Source of the DNA: Octopus sinensis | Taxonomy: Eukaryota | Assembly: GCF_006345805.1 (NCBI RefSeq) | Contig: NC_043000.1 | Span: 10,912,001 to 10,976,000, forward strand | Length of the DNA stretch: 64,000 nt | Direction of reading: 5' to 3' | Part shown: positions 26,700 through 39,905 of the stretch, one piece after another | Layout: each line of letters starts with the position of its first letter | Numbering within the stretch: the first letter of the stretch is position 1 | Program-made: the position numbers and the translations under genes | The notes under the pieces: model-generated | The model's input: the letters and a program-made list of their open reading frames with translations, nothing else | Database searches by the model: none | What the model was told of the DNA's origin: nothing

Positions 26700-27110
26700 T
26701 ATTGTCTTATATAAGCTAAGTATGAATTAATTGGGATACAAAGATTAGATTTATTAAAGGCTATAATAGAATAATAAAATGATCAGTTAGTGTAGAGCAC
26801 CATAAAAAAGGAATAAAGGTAGCCTAATCACTAAGACCATAATGAAGCATAATATACCTTATTAACTTCAATAGAGAAGATTTATAGAAACTGTATAATA
26901 ATTTAAGTATTATGAACTAAAAATTGTTTAACTTATTTTGCTTATTACAATCAAGACTGATACCCGGTATTGGTTAAAAGAATATTGTTGTTAAAAGGAC
27001 GTGCTAATTATATACTAATATTAAATTAAGAGGTATAATATAGGCCTTAGATATACAAGGATTTGATAAAACTAGTCTATAAATTAAAACTGAGCTCATA
27101 AAACAGTGAC
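26700..27110 (+). mobile_element. Highly decayed LINE RT remnant
   Basis: HKKGIKVA*SLRP and ALDIQGFDK resemble the PIxKKG..NYRPI and LDxxKAFD RT motifs. Many stops. Confidence 0.45.
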
Positions 27111-28247
27111 AAGCAAAATCTGTTACAAGTCTTTCTTCCTGATACCTTAGTAGCTTCTAAGCTGAAGTAGCTTCTAAGCTGAAGTGAAGGCAGCATGTTC
27201 TTTGTCTATCTTCTTAACTTCTTGGAGATTTTAAGTAAAATTATACTAATGTGTCCATCTGTTTTAATTTAATTAAATTCTATGTCTTTGCGCAGCTGAG
27301 GATTGCTCTGCATTTAAATTGATGTAATGGTTGCATTGTTCAATTAAATGGAGTTGCATGAAATGATTGTACTGCCTTGCTTCTGGATATCCTTGTTACT
27401 TATTTTGATTATATATATATATGTATATGTTTGTGTGTCTGTGTTTGTCTCCCCAACATCACTTGATAACCGATGTTGGTGTGCTTACGTCTCCGTAACT
27501 TAGTGGTTCAGAAAAAGAGACTAATAGAATAAGTACTTGGCTTATAAAGAATAGGTCCTGGGGTCAATTTGCTCGACTAAAGACAGTGCTCCAGCATGGC
27601 CACAGTCAAATGTTTGAAACAAATACAAGAATACCGTTACTTTGTATAATGCCATGACCCGACAAGCAGGTGCGATATAATTGAAAGAGCATGCAAGGTT
27701 AAGAAAATTCATTTTGGCCTCTGTGTGTACACGTTCTCATTGTAGTAGTAAACCATAGATAGTGATAGAATGATGTTGTAAGAGAAAAGAAATTGAGCTA
27801 GTGAAAGTTATAGAGTCGAGTGAAGTTGTGTCTAATAGTTGGCTATTGTAACCTTCTTTTTCCCTCTGGCCTTTTGTCTTTAGTGGCTGCCTGCTTGTGG
27901 CCATGTCGTCTCGGTTCACTAACAGTTGCTTTAACTGATTTTTGCCTTATTAGTATTTATAACCATGCAAAACCAGTCAGAAAGAGAGACACATCGTTGG
28001 TGGTACCTGTTATTTCAATTCTAACTTTTGGTGGCCTAGAAGAGGTTAGAAGGGTCAAGTGGGAAAGACATTATTCTGCTCAGCGAAGCCATCTGGTAAA
28101 TGTAACTGCTGTCATTCATTGAAAAACTCATGTTTTACCGCGAGAAAAGTACTGTTGAACTGTTAAATGAAAGTTGGCGATTGAGGATCGAATTCACACC
28201 ATGCCTGCATGAAACCATTACACACACACACACGCACACACACACAC

Positions 28248-28249
28248 AC

Positions 28250-28280
<31 letters not shown>

Positions 28281-28331
28281 TGTATGTATGTATGTATGTA
28301 TGTATGTATGTATGTATGTATGTATGTATGT
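28248..28331. repeat. (TATG)n microsatellite
   Basis: Pure tetranucleotide run. Confidence 0.95.
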
Positions 28332-28499
28332 AGATTTGGCTTAAACAAGTACAATTTTCTAATCGTAAGAACCATAAGCATAGGCGCTTGTATGAAGAAC
28401 TTTGTGACGTAATTTTTCAGGGCGTGCAGAAAATTCGTCGCCCTACGCGTATCTCAGGCAAGCCCGATTGACGGTATTTTCTTGCCTTAGAATTTATCT

Positions 28500-29190
28500 T
28501 GAACCGGTAATGTTCCTGGGAGCATTGCCAAGCCAGGGATTTAGAAATCTTCAACATTCCAGAGAGGGGGATTTGAAAGGGGGAAACATGCTCTGGGGGT
28601 CACTGACTTCTTGTTTTGTTGTTATTTGAGGCCTTCCTGTTGCTGTTGTTATTGGTACTACTATTACTGCATTCGCAGCTGTCGGTTTTAGGGTGGCTGC
28701 TACTAATGCTACTGTGTTCGCACGCCGCTGTTCGTGCTGCTGCTGTTGCTTTTGTGGTTATAGAAATAGGGTTTCTTTCTTTTCCTCTGCTTTGTTGTGG
28801 ACAGAAAACCTTGAAATGGTTTGTCATCACACAAGTGGCACCATAACATTTTGCCCTCAGCAGTAACATATAATTTTGTACCATCCGGCAGATTGGTCAG
28901 GTCGGAATAGATTCCATACTCTCTTGATCAGTTTGGATCAATAACTATATCCCTTTCCCTGAAGAATTTTATTTCTGCAGCCCCTGGACCAGCTGAATGT
29001 TAGTTTTGCTATTTACTTCGAAGAGGACCTCTACTATCAACCAGCAGATGTTTGCTTCTGGGGGTACATCAATAATTTTTATTCTCACTATCCTACGGCC
29101 AAGGTAGATTAGTCTGAAGCCCAGTTTGTCACTCTTCAGTGTTTATGTGGTGTGCTTCCTGTCCATATCCTCTGTCGGGAAAATTACTCC
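28500..29190 (-). mobile_element. Tx1/L1-like ORF1 fragment, inverted relative to the adjacent ORF2
   Basis: LIYLGRRIVRIKIIDVPPEA...PDGTKLYVTAEGK..CHLCDD-NHFKVFCP, a frameshifted CX2CX4HX4C zinc knuckle. Confidence 0.7.
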
Positions 29191-29194
29191 TACC

Positions 29195-29601
29195 GTGATT
29201 CTGCGAAAGGCTGACAACGGCCGCTGAAATACAAAAGGCGATGTGCGATCACACAAGTCGCAAATCGCCCGGTTTGCATGGGCTGCTCTATGAATTCTAT
29301 GAGTTTATGCCAGATTTGTTTGAGGCCTCTTGGCAGACGTATTCTGTAACTAGCAGCAGAATGGGAGAATTCCTAGTGCTGTTAGCCGGGTTGTGGTAAT
29401 ATTGCAGAAGAAGGACGTTGACAGTATTGACATGCTAGGGAAGTTGTGGCCCATAAATCTGTTAAATACAGAGTTTAAGATTTAGGCCAAGGTGATAGCG
29501 AAAAGGTTGGTGTTCATCGTCGGTAGTCTGGTCGAGGAAGCACTAACGTACACAATCCCGAACAGGTCTATCCACAACAACCTCTACCTTATGCGATACG
29601 C

Positions 29602-29661
<60 letters not shown>

Positions 29662-29677
29662 AGAGAGAGAGAGAAAG

Positions 29678-29715
<38 letters not shown>

Positions 29716-31580
29716 CTGGAGCTAAAGCTAGCTTTGGTGGGGCTCTGATCAATTTGGATCAATCCAAAGCATTCGAAAGGGTTGACCATCACTACTTGGA
29801 AGTCATCATGAAGGCGGCTGGTTCCAGGCCTATTTTAAGAGGCTGGATCTCTGCAATGCATCGGTGGTCAAAGTAAAAGTTGACCTGTCGGTACCATTTC
29901 GCATCGTACATTCGGTCGGTCAGAGCCGTCCGCTGTCGCCACGGGAGGGTTGTGCCGGTGTACCTCGACGACGACACCATCATGGTGTCAGATGCCTCCA
30001 AAGTGGAAATGGTCGGTACCATTCTAAAGGAATAGGAGTTGGTTGCAGGGCCATAATCAACGCCAACAAGTTGGTGGGCTTGCAGCTGGGCACCAGGAGA
30101 GAAAGGTCGATGCCATTGGACGGCGTTAGAGGTCGGACTGACAAACCAGTTAAATTGCTTGGGGTCTGGTTCGGTCTCGATCTCCAGATGGATAAAAACT
30201 GGGGCGAGATAATGAACAGGGTAGTCAGTCTTAAGCAGAAATGGGCAGAGAGGAAGCTGTCCTAAAAGGTCGAGCAGGTGTGACGAATGCCAACATCCTT
30301 TATCGCCTGGCCATTGTGCCTGCACCGGTTACTGCTGATCAGGTTGGAGTGATGTGCAGACAGGAACTTAGGTTACACCACTCGCAAGGATTTCTTGGCA
30401 GTGAGCGTCTATGGGCACCTCTTTCCGTAGCTTGTCTTCTTGACGGAGCTGCAGTTCTGGGTGAACGAATGATCAAAACTGGGCGCCTGACACCCAGAAT
30501 ACTATCAGACGCTTACAGTCTTTTACCATTTGGGCAATGAGATCGGTAGATGTTCCACTTTAACAATATACTAGCAGTATCACCCGGCGTTGCTCGGGTT
30601 TGTTTCGCCCCTTTAGAATTGGAATTTTTGAAAAGTAAAAATTTTGCATTATGTAGCTTGTTATTCTCTTTAAGTGAGCATTTTTCTGGTTGAAATACAC
30701 CGAAAAATGGAGACACAGCAGTCAAAAAGTCGTAAAAAATAGGGATTTTCATAGAAAAAAAGCACCTTTTTCATGTAAAAAATTTTTGGTGTTAACATAG
30801 TCCGATTTGAATTTTATCTTCTACGGAAGGAAGAGCAAGCCTTCTTCTATCATACGCTCAATTTTGGTCAACTTGCGCCCGAGGGTCTCGGGGGAAATAG
30901 TATTAGTTGAAGGCTACCAAACCTGCCATACACAGACAACTTCAGCTTTATTTATACAGGATTAGTGGATGGGAGGTGCGACGATGTCATCGGGAAACTC
31001 TGGGCATCGATGAAAACGAATTGGCTTGTCTGTTCCGGAGGATTTTCCAGTTGGGGACTTCTATTGATAATTTATAGATGCCCTCGACAGTGCTGCCGAG
31101 GGGTATTAATGGTTCGAGATAAACTCTACAAGCACAGTTGTTCTGTCAGACAGACTTGTCCGAGGTGCGCGCAAGGCGACGAAACCGTTCTGCACGCACT
31201 CGTTTAGTGTCTGAGAATTGCTGACTTGTGCAGTTACATCGAACAACTACTGTCATATGTTAGACGAATCCATTGTGTCGGCCGAGTCCATAATAACGAT
31301 TGCCCTACTGCCTTCCTTTAATCGGGCAGGTAAATCAGTTTTCCTTTGTCTGGTGGCTGTGGCGAAAGAGGTTGTCTGGTGGACGAGGTTGAAAGGCATG
31401 AGGACAGAGACATTTCTCTATGGTAGAGCCCTCATTGAGTTTTTAAAGTTTCGTTTGAAAAGGAAAGTGAGGGTGGAGAAGGCGGTGTTGTTCTCAAGTG
31501 AATTTATTGAAAGATGTGAAAGTTGTGAAGATGGCCAAAGTGGATGGTACCGCTCTAAGTGTAGTTGTGAGAACAGCTAG
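29195..31580 (+). mobile_element. Tx1/L1-clade LINE ORF2 (RT to C-terminus), degenerate
   Basis: KSPGLHGLLYEFY, PINLLNTEFKI*AKVIAKRL, SVGQSRPLSP, LLGVWFG and CPRCAQGDETVLHAL. Interrupted by (AG)n at 29605-29715 and by a Helitron. Confidence 0.9.
30571..30961 (-). mobile_element. Non-autonomous Helitron, second subfamily
   Basis: Same 3' hairpin + CTAG terminus as 18160-18544, with a different interior. Confidence 0.8.
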
Positions 31581-31797
31581 TTGTGAGAGCGTACTCCACC
31601 AAGAATCGAATTCATTCGGAAGCCGATTCACTCTGGCTTTTACGCGTTGAAATGAGCTGTATTTGTAGGCTTTGTTTACCGACAGTCCTAGTTACGCCAC
31701 TAGACTATCACGTGAACAAAAAGTGCTAACTGGGCTGGGGTATGCACACATAATCAACTCGTGATTTTCGTCGAGTCGAATTTAACTCTTATAGATT

Positions 31798-32975
31798 TGT
31801 AGGGAAAACGACCGTACGTAAGGAGTTGGTGACAGAAATGTCTCCTTTTTAACGCCGCACGGTCGCCCTAACAAAATAAATCAAAATACATGGTATAAAA
31901 GAATAAGTGCCAAAAGGAATAATGAGGACGACAACCGTTCTACTGTTTGAGAGAAAGAAGACTTTATTTACAGAAGTGTACAATAGGATAAAGTATGGGT
32001 GCTAGCAGAGTGTATGTCTATGAGTGCGACAAGTGTGTCTGTGTGTCCGTTGTAAGTGTAACAGCGGTGCGTGCAACATCTGTGTTTGTGTCTGTATGTT
32101 CGTGTGTGCGTTACAAGAGTGAGCATAAGTACAAACAAGGTGTATGCGGGTAAGACAAAATACAGAGCATAGAAAAGAGTCTCTCAGAGTATTTCAGACA
32201 AGATGGAGTTAATTTACCAGTTCGTAGTAAGGTTAGACAATAGTTGTAGTCCTGTAAAAGTTGTTGAGGTCACGAGGCAGTGCCGGTTACCACACGTGCA
32301 GACGTTGTGGTTATTGTGCCGTACCGTGCCGGGTTACTTGATACAGGAATCTCGCAGGCTGACTGGAGCTGTTCACCTTGGTGAATATTCACAACAGCGT
32401 GGAGTTTAAACCTGAGCGAGTTGCTGTGTACGTATTACTGTTGGTGGCGATGAAGGCGACGGAGATGGAGACGACGTGAAGTTGAAGGACGACGATGGTG
32501 ATGGCGACGGTAGAGAAAGGCGTCGTCAAGATGAAGGCGACGATAGTGGAGACGTCCTGCGTTTCTGGTGTATATTAGCGTCGTCGTTGGATGGAGCAGG
32601 GACATGGATGGCTGACTGGTCTGGTCGTCTGTCGCTGGAACTGGAAGTGGCCGAGTCGCTCTGTGGTCAGAGGTTAGTCCTAAGAAAGACTAGAACCTAA
32701 GACGAATAATAGTCTGTTGATCTCGCCTTTTTAAAAGGTTTAAGTGGATCAAATTGGATTGTGAACAAGCTGTCTCACATATTCTTACTGGAAGGTTCTG
32801 ATTGGTTGGTTTACACATTGGCGCGAAATAAGTCAAGAGACAAACTGCGCCAATGCCAACCAATCAGAGCAGTGGACACAACAGGGTCCAAATAGCCGAA
32901 GATGGTTGCTATCTAACACGAGATCATTTCTAATATATCTCTCAAACAGTGAGGATATCACCTAGCTACGCTACA
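31798..32975 (-). mobile_element. Solo LTR, Gypsy-like
   Basis: TGTAG...CTACA termini and 4-bp TSD GATT (31794-31797, 32976-32979). CCAAT boxes near 32800-32870 and a minus-strand AATAAA near 31965 give the orientation. Confidence 0.8.
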
Positions 32976-34296
32976 GATTTAACAAACTGTCCTAATTGTG
33001 AAAGTAACTGATTTACAGTTCATATTTGCGTTTGGAAACATTCTTCCAGTTTTTATATTTTTAATGACTGAAGGTTGAGTTGATAGATAATGCTGGTTTG
33101 TGTAAGGCTGCGTGTATAGAAAGAGGAAGAACGAGGAAACTAGGATTAAGTGTGACGATTTATTCGACCCGTTAAAAAGCATTAAGACTGCAAAGCTGAA
33201 GAGATACATCTTGAAGGAACGGTCAGAATATATACACATGGTTTATCACGATGAAATGCAAATTGGATTTGGTGACATCAAAGATATTTTGGTGACATGG
33301 GCTGTGTACCACAATAAATAGTATGGTGTTCTGAAAGTTAAATTCATTGTAAAAGTTTAGGACTTCAAATTCAACCTACGGACTTATTCTGCCAGTTCTG
33401 ATTGCGTTAGCTGGCAGGATTTTCCCTTAATCTAACTTTAAAATAACTAGTTATCTATTCTGTTGTGTCTGGGGAGAGTCATTTTCTTTTTGTGCCTTAT
33501 AATGTAACATACTCACCGGTAAAGTTTCCACTTATTTCTTATTTTCCTAAAATTTTCGTTGCATCTTGCAACCTTTTCAATAGTCTTGACTCATATAAAA
33601 AATCTTGCAAACCAAATCCCAAAACGAAAAAGCTATCTATTGATGTCTACCTACATATCTATCTGTGGGCCAGTGAACAACAGGTAATTATTTCATCGAC
33701 CCCGAAAGAACGAAAAAAAGCAAAGCCGATGCGGCTGGAATTTGAACTTAGAATGTAAAATCAGATGAAATGGTTCGAAGCATTTTGTCTGGTATGCTAA
33801 TAATTCTGCTAATTCGCCGCCTTAACCATCATAGCAAATTTTAGTGATAACAGCTCAACAGAGCGCAACGCATGTGCTAATTCGCAGAGTGTCAAGCAGA
33901 ATTATAATATAATGTTCAAGAAAGGAGATATACGGAGATCACCTGCAGATCGATTACATGGATAAAAGCATTGCATGGATATATTACATTAGAGACATGG
34001 AAATCGAATATGTACACAACTACATTAATGATTGATTTTTTAATTTATCGCTTGATTTCTTATACTTGTTTATTTGTACTGAATTACATATATGACAATG
34101 ACAAATATCTGTTACTACTAAGCCAACATATCGAGAAGACTTAGCATAATGAAGGGCGTTTCTCTTCAACACATTTATCTTTTATTGCATATCCAGCATC
34201 ACACTTTTTGTTAATATGATTGTGAGTGTTCCGCGAAGCACTTACAAATGTCAGGAATAAATTATTTTGCCGACCAGCGAAGATTTATTATTATTA

Positions 34297-34337
<41 letters not shown>

Positions 34338-34374
34338 TATTATTATTATTATTATTATCATTATTATTGAGTGA

Positions 34375-34927
34375 GAGAGCAGTGCATGCCATCAAAGTGA
34401 CACTGGGGTAAAATATACGAAGCCCAATATACCCGTCATGACTACCTGTCTGATAAGGGTACACTAGGCACATGCATCACAACCAAAAGTGCGCGATATG
34501 GTGATCTCATATCAAGCTCAACAGCGCATCACCTTGCAGGTGGGGGCCCAGTTAGAATTTTCTTCAGTTCGAGTAGCCCATCCCGCTTAAAAGGTCCCTG
34601 AATAAGGGCTGTTTAAGGATTTTGAACGAACCACCCATGTTTCCAAAGGTGAATTATCCAAACCTCTAAGAATCCCATTCAACACATGGCTATGATGCTC
34701 CCCCACTATTTCTGCTCGTGATCAGAGATGCACATATCGTCAGCCACTAAGGGACATGCTCAACTGGTTAAGGTCAAACAACTGACAAGCAAATCTGTGG
34801 TATTGAGCAGAATATTTGCTGTAGCCCATCTTTTATACCAAGACAAAACAATGTACATGATAACACTTCCAATCAGTTAAGATCAGAAGCCATGAGAGCC
34901 ACTGTCTGGTACTGCACCAGAGCATTT

Positions 34928-34930
<3 letters not shown>
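34375..34930 (-). mobile_element. ~550-bp unclassified retroposon with (AAT)n tail
   Basis: Internal part recurs at about 1860-2160 and 40300-40600. Abuts a long (ATT)n run. Confidence 0.6.
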
Positions 34931-34959
<29 letters not shown>

Positions 34960-34989
34960 TATTTAGTGGACTCGTCTGAAAGAGCTAAA

Positions 34990-35400
34990 GTCAGACACTT
35001 TCCTCTTTGGCCAAGCCCTCATCAACTTCTTCAAGTTTCACTTGAAGAGGTAGATGAGGGTAGAGAAGGAAGTGTTACCTTCTAGCAAGTTTATTGAAAG
35101 ATCGGTGAATGTTGGAAGAATGGCCAGTGTGAAAGGGCCAATTCTGAGCGTGCACCTGTGAAAATTAAAGAAGGACTCTTGCCCTGTTGATCAGACACCT
35201 GTGGCTTTTGTAGGGTTTTCCACGAGGAACCATAAAGTGGCTTTGGGAAATTTATGTTTAATTTTGTATTGTTTTCTAATGTTTACGCGCTGTAAAACCC
35301 CTTTGTATCGTCTTGTGTTGTCTTTTATGTTGTGCTATGTCATTTTATGTTGTTTTATGTAAGTCCTTATGGTTAATAAAAGAATTATTATTATTATCAT
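34990..35400 (+). mobile_element. Tx1/L1-like 3' end
   Basis: LINFFKFHLKR*MRVEKEVLPSSKFIER parallels LIEFLKFRLKRKVRVEKAVLFSSEFIER at 31.4 kb. AATAAA and (ATT)n tail. A third copy lies at about 44200-44690. Confidence 0.75.
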
Positions 35401-36029
35401 TATTATTATTATTATAGACGTCACACAGTATACAATATCGTGAGGTTGTTGATTGAAGATATTATGTCTACTGGCGGGGGGAGGGAGCTTATACTTTTTG
35501 TCAAGTCACAAGGACCTCAGACAGACTTATAATAGAAGGAAGGTTTTTATGATACTTTTGGGGTATCTTCTTCCATTATAATTATTCTGTTGATTCAAGG
35601 AGCTGGAAATACGAAGAACGAAGTTCTCAGGCAGAGTAAATTCAATAACCGTTTGTTCACAGGTGCTTCGTACAAGGGGTTTGCTTTCAGTAACCATCTT
35701 TACAGCAGTGCGTAGTTAGCATTCTCTCTCATACACGTGAGAGATAACCTCTGGATAACCTCTGCAGACAATGCAAGTGGTATCACAACAATTCAAAACA
35801 ACTATAGCAAGCAACAATCAATCAAACAAACACTCAACACCATGACTCATATCCATCACGACAAAAAAAAACAAAAAACAAAAACAAAAGAGAAAAAACC
35901 AACTCAAACTGCCGGCACGAACCTCCGCCAACGCAACACCAACGTCCTCTTAACGATTAGCCGGAGACGATTTTTAAAAGGAGAATATCTGAAATAAACT
36001 CGACTGTTCTCACAAACGAGAATACTAAA

Positions 36030-36272
36030 AATGAATCCGACCGCTCTCAAAAATAAAGTAAAAAAAAGCCGGAAAAATTATCCAGAATCCTTGTCTGGTA
36101 CCGGATCGATCCCAAAATCTAATCAGTTGGTGCCAGTCACGAGGACAAACATCCCTGAAAGTTTCAACCGAATCCATCCAGCGTTTCTTGAGATGCCTTG
36201 CTTACGGACAAACAAACAAACAAACACGACTGAAAACAATACCTCCGCCTTCGCTGAAGGCGAAGGTAATAA
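36030..36272 (+). mobile_element. Helentron-associated (HINE/DINE-1-like) element
   Basis: (AAAC)n followed by the terminal hairpin ACCTCCGCCTTCGCTGAAGGCGAAGGTAAT. Family inferred from layout. Confidence 0.55.
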
Positions 36273-36391
36273 ACGATGTCGTCGCGTTGTTGGGTAAGAT
36301 ATTTTCTGTAGTTTCGTGGTCCATTCTGTGAGGAGCTAGCTTCATCCCTGTGCTGTTACATAGATAGATAGAAAGAGAAAGAGAAAGAGAG

Positions 36392-36455
<64 letters not shown>

Positions 36456-36938
36456 TAGAAGCGATATAGGTAGCTAGAGATAATAAAAATTCTGTCCTCG
36501 CTCGCGTAGGGACCAAAAGTTTGCTCCTCGGCCAGTGGTCGAATTGACTGAAAGAAAGAGGCTTAACATTTCACTGAGTATTAATAAATTTGGCAAATAA
36601 AGTAGGTTAACTCTTTCCTTCCTAAACAGATTTCTCCAGAATTATCTTTCTGGCCCCTCCAGTGGAGGCAAAAGATCAAAACGTCAACTCATCCTCATTA
36701 ATCTCTTAGTGCAGAGAGGAGAAAGAAAAGGACCGGGAATTTGTTTGGCAATTAATAATAATTAACGGGACCCGTGAATATTTCACAGAATTAATGGTAA
36801 ACTTTTTGGGTTATTTCTGAAAACTTTATCCCCAAAACCTGAAAGTGTAGCCTGTGTTGTGTCTGTATCAAAGGATAGTCGCTCATCTGTTAATCATTGA
36901 AAAGTGAAAGAAATTGGAACACGATGATCACTTAGTGC

Positions 36939-37336
36939 ACTTTATATATAAAAGAGAGGTTGTGTGTCTGTCTCCTACGATTTAGATTCCTAACTACTCC
37001 CACATTTTGCGGTGCAGTTTAACCAAAACCGGGTATCTTATAGTCGTGATTCATATCGAACCCTTCTGGGTATTAGCGCGCGTCTACGATGAGTCTACGA
37101 TTAAAAAAAAAAATTTACCATCATTTTTTTCCATTTTAATGCATTTTTCGCTATTATATAAGGGAAGTAACTCTCTAAAAATATCTACGATGAGTCAACG
37201 ATTTAAAAAAAAATTACCATAATTTTTTTTCCATTTTTAATGCATTTTTTTGCTATTTTTTTGGCTATAACTCTCTAAAAATGCTTATATAGTTATTTCC
37301 CTTACAAACCCGAGCAACGCCGGGCGATACTGCTAG
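36939..37336 (+). mobile_element. Non-autonomous Helitron
   Basis: Near-identical inverted copy of 18160-18544, ending hairpin + CTAG|T. Confidence 0.85.
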
Positions 37337-38164
37337 TATATATATATATAGTAGAAATATGTTACGAAAAGAAAATATAAAATACACGTGGAAATGTAAG
37401 GGTAAAATATGAAAAATCAACGAAAATGCACATTGCAAATAGAAAAAGGCTATTTATGACAGGTAACGACAAATATATACATTTAGATTGACTGAGGTAG
37501 TAATACGAGTCATAAAGGTCATTATTATGAGATGATTATAAGATGATAATAAAGTAAGAGAACAAAACGAACCAATGATTTAAGCAAAGCTATTCATCGT
37601 TATATATATATATATATACTTTATATGCTTTGTGCACAATTTTATAGACACAGCACGCTCCCTCTTTTTCTCTCTCTCCTTTTTCTTTCGCTCTTTGCCT
37701 TTCCCTTCAACTAATCACGTGAAAGTATTGCAGACGTTACAGAACACACCCGACCAAGATGCCGTGCATTGGGACTGAACCCGAATCCATGTGGGTACAA
37801 AGCATGCCTCTTAACGACACAAGCACGTCTGCACCTTGTCTGAATGCTTGCCACAAAAAGAATGCTAACTAAAAACTCTAAGGATGTGTTGTTCAGTTTC
37901 AGGTTAAGCATTCAATTGTTACATTTCTGCTTTTTTTTTCTTAGGCCCAGAATTATCTAAGACGAAATGATTTCAATGTGATTTGTTAGTTATTTTTAGC
38001 AGGTCAAGAGAATACAAAGAAACTCACGCTGGTTTGCGAGGTGCTGTTGCTATTGTGTAGATCCAGGACAGTTGCAGATCAAGTTTTTTTGCTATTTTAC
38101 GCAGCAGGTCGACCGAATTACTAGATATAACTCACAGATCTGTATTTCTAGTCAAACAATGTGT

Positions 38165-38778
38165 AACGAACTTAGTGAATGTGAATATATCTTCTCTTCT
38201 TCTCTTGTACTTTCGGGGTACACGAGGCAATCACTAGCCGTTGCTTTAATAATCCAGAATTCTACCAGTCAGAAACAACAAGACGCAGACGTAAAAGATA
38301 TATATACTACTTTATTCTCTAATGTGGTAACAGTAACAATAAGTGGTTATCTGATGTCCTTGGTTCTGGGCGCGCAAGGCTGAAAGTTAATGGATTGTAA
38401 TATTTACAATGTTCAGCCGCTAAAACAGAACGGGTTAAAGATGGCGTCCGGAACAGGGAAGATGAATGTGGTCGGCAACAATTTGGTTAAAAGCTTTCGG
38501 CCGACTGCTATCAAAGCTGGACAGCGAGAAAATATACGTCCGTCGCCTTCGGTCGCTGCTGTCCCAAGTCGTTGGCTGCTGCTGCTAGCGGTCAAACGTT
38601 CTACGACCCCCTTGCCTTGGCTAACTGCTACGTAGGCAAAAGGGTTCTTCTTCCGGTGGTTCGCGCAAGCGCGAGAGGGCCCTTCCTTTCTGTGCCTTGG
38701 TGAAGGCACCAACACTCGCACGCGCGAAATAGAAAATGGACGGTGCACGCGCGCGCGCACCGTTATAGGATCACTACA
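38165..38778. promoter_or_regulatory. CpG-rich housekeeping-type promoter island (copy X), probably firing on the minus strand
   Basis: YY1-like AAGATGGCG (38438-38446), ETS-like CTTCCGG (38650-38656), E2F-like CGCGCGAAA (38721-38729), GC palindrome, and a pyrimidine initiator-like CCTTTT on the minus strand. Minus-strand GTGAGT donors near 38137 and 38029. Confidence 0.5.
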
Positions 38779-39905
38779 AATGCTTCTACCTAGCCGAACA
38801 CAGAATGCACCCTTTGCCTTACGCTATTGAATCATTGAGGTTACAGAATGACAATCTAAACATGTTGCATTCTCTTCAATGTCAAATCTATTTCTGTACA
38901 TCCCCAAAAGACTGCAAAATGAACTCTGTCAGCGCACAACTGTTACTCCTTGCTCCGCATTCAATATTGCCACGTATTTCAGCACAGTATTTTGTTGGTG
39001 GTGTTTCAACTATTTCTGTATATATGTATTCGTCCTGTTCGTAAGAGAAATAGTTTTATACTACGCTATAGTAATAGTGTAGTAGGCATGGTGTCCTGTT
39101 TCTAAGGGTGGTTTACATACATATGAACTGAGAGGACGGATATTTGCCACGTTAAGACACTGAGTCCCTCCCATGTCTTGGTGGCCTTCCATTTTTTCTT
39201 TATTATTTTAGTTTTGCTGTGTAGGTAGATGCTCTGTGTAGAACTTGCAATGTTATATATACTGCGCTGTTTTGCTTACTTTGTACTTTGTTATAGTTTA
39301 CTGTTGTGACTAGATTGGGACCTAAGCAGGTCTACCGTTGTCAGATCTTTTCCGTTTGGCTGCCAAGGTCAATTTCTGTTCGAATTGATTTCATATTCAG
39401 TGTAATGATACACTTTTATAGGCTAACCAATGCCATGGAAATCATTTCCCCCATAACTCAATAAATGAAGAGATATTAGCTATGCTATCAAAGTTTTAAA
39501 ATTTTGGGTAATTTTTAGCCAATCGTAAGCCACAGACAAATTCATGCTTGTGATCTACTCTTTTACCTATCTGGAAATTTTACCGATTTGTTTGGTTATG
39601 GCAGCAAGCTCCGGTAATCTTGAAGTGGGACAAAGGACAAAAAGCTGAGAAGCATTAATTTAATGTTTTATCTGTCCACTATCGTTATTTCTTTCTGTTG
39701 GCAACATATATTACCGGTAAATAGTCTATATTTGAGCATAGTTATGCTCTTTTAAAAGAAATATGTGTGCGACGTGTCTTGTTGGCTTGTAGCAATTAAT
39801 GATTTTGCCTAATACGTGACTGTGTGGTTATACTTGTATATAGTATATGAATGAGGAGAAGAAAATATTTAACATAGCTTTTATTATATCGTTATTATGT
39901 AAGAT

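Noticed and set aside
26460-27110. Very AT-rich tract as a possible NUMT
   Set aside because: No mitochondrial gene recognisable; decayed LINE RT motifs explain it better.
33112-33321. 69-aa protein-like ORF next to the solo LTR
   Set aside because: Only a vague resemblance to integrase-associated transposon sequence; not assignable.
38390-38635. ORF MASGTGK... from the AAGATGGCG motif
   Set aside because: The frame is not conserved in the duplicate at 41.4 kb; better explained as a YY1-type site.
38460-38780. Telomerase RNA, 7SK, RNase P/MRP, SRP or U3 identity for the GC-rich island
   Set aside because: No CUAACCCU template or diagnostic boxes found on either strand.
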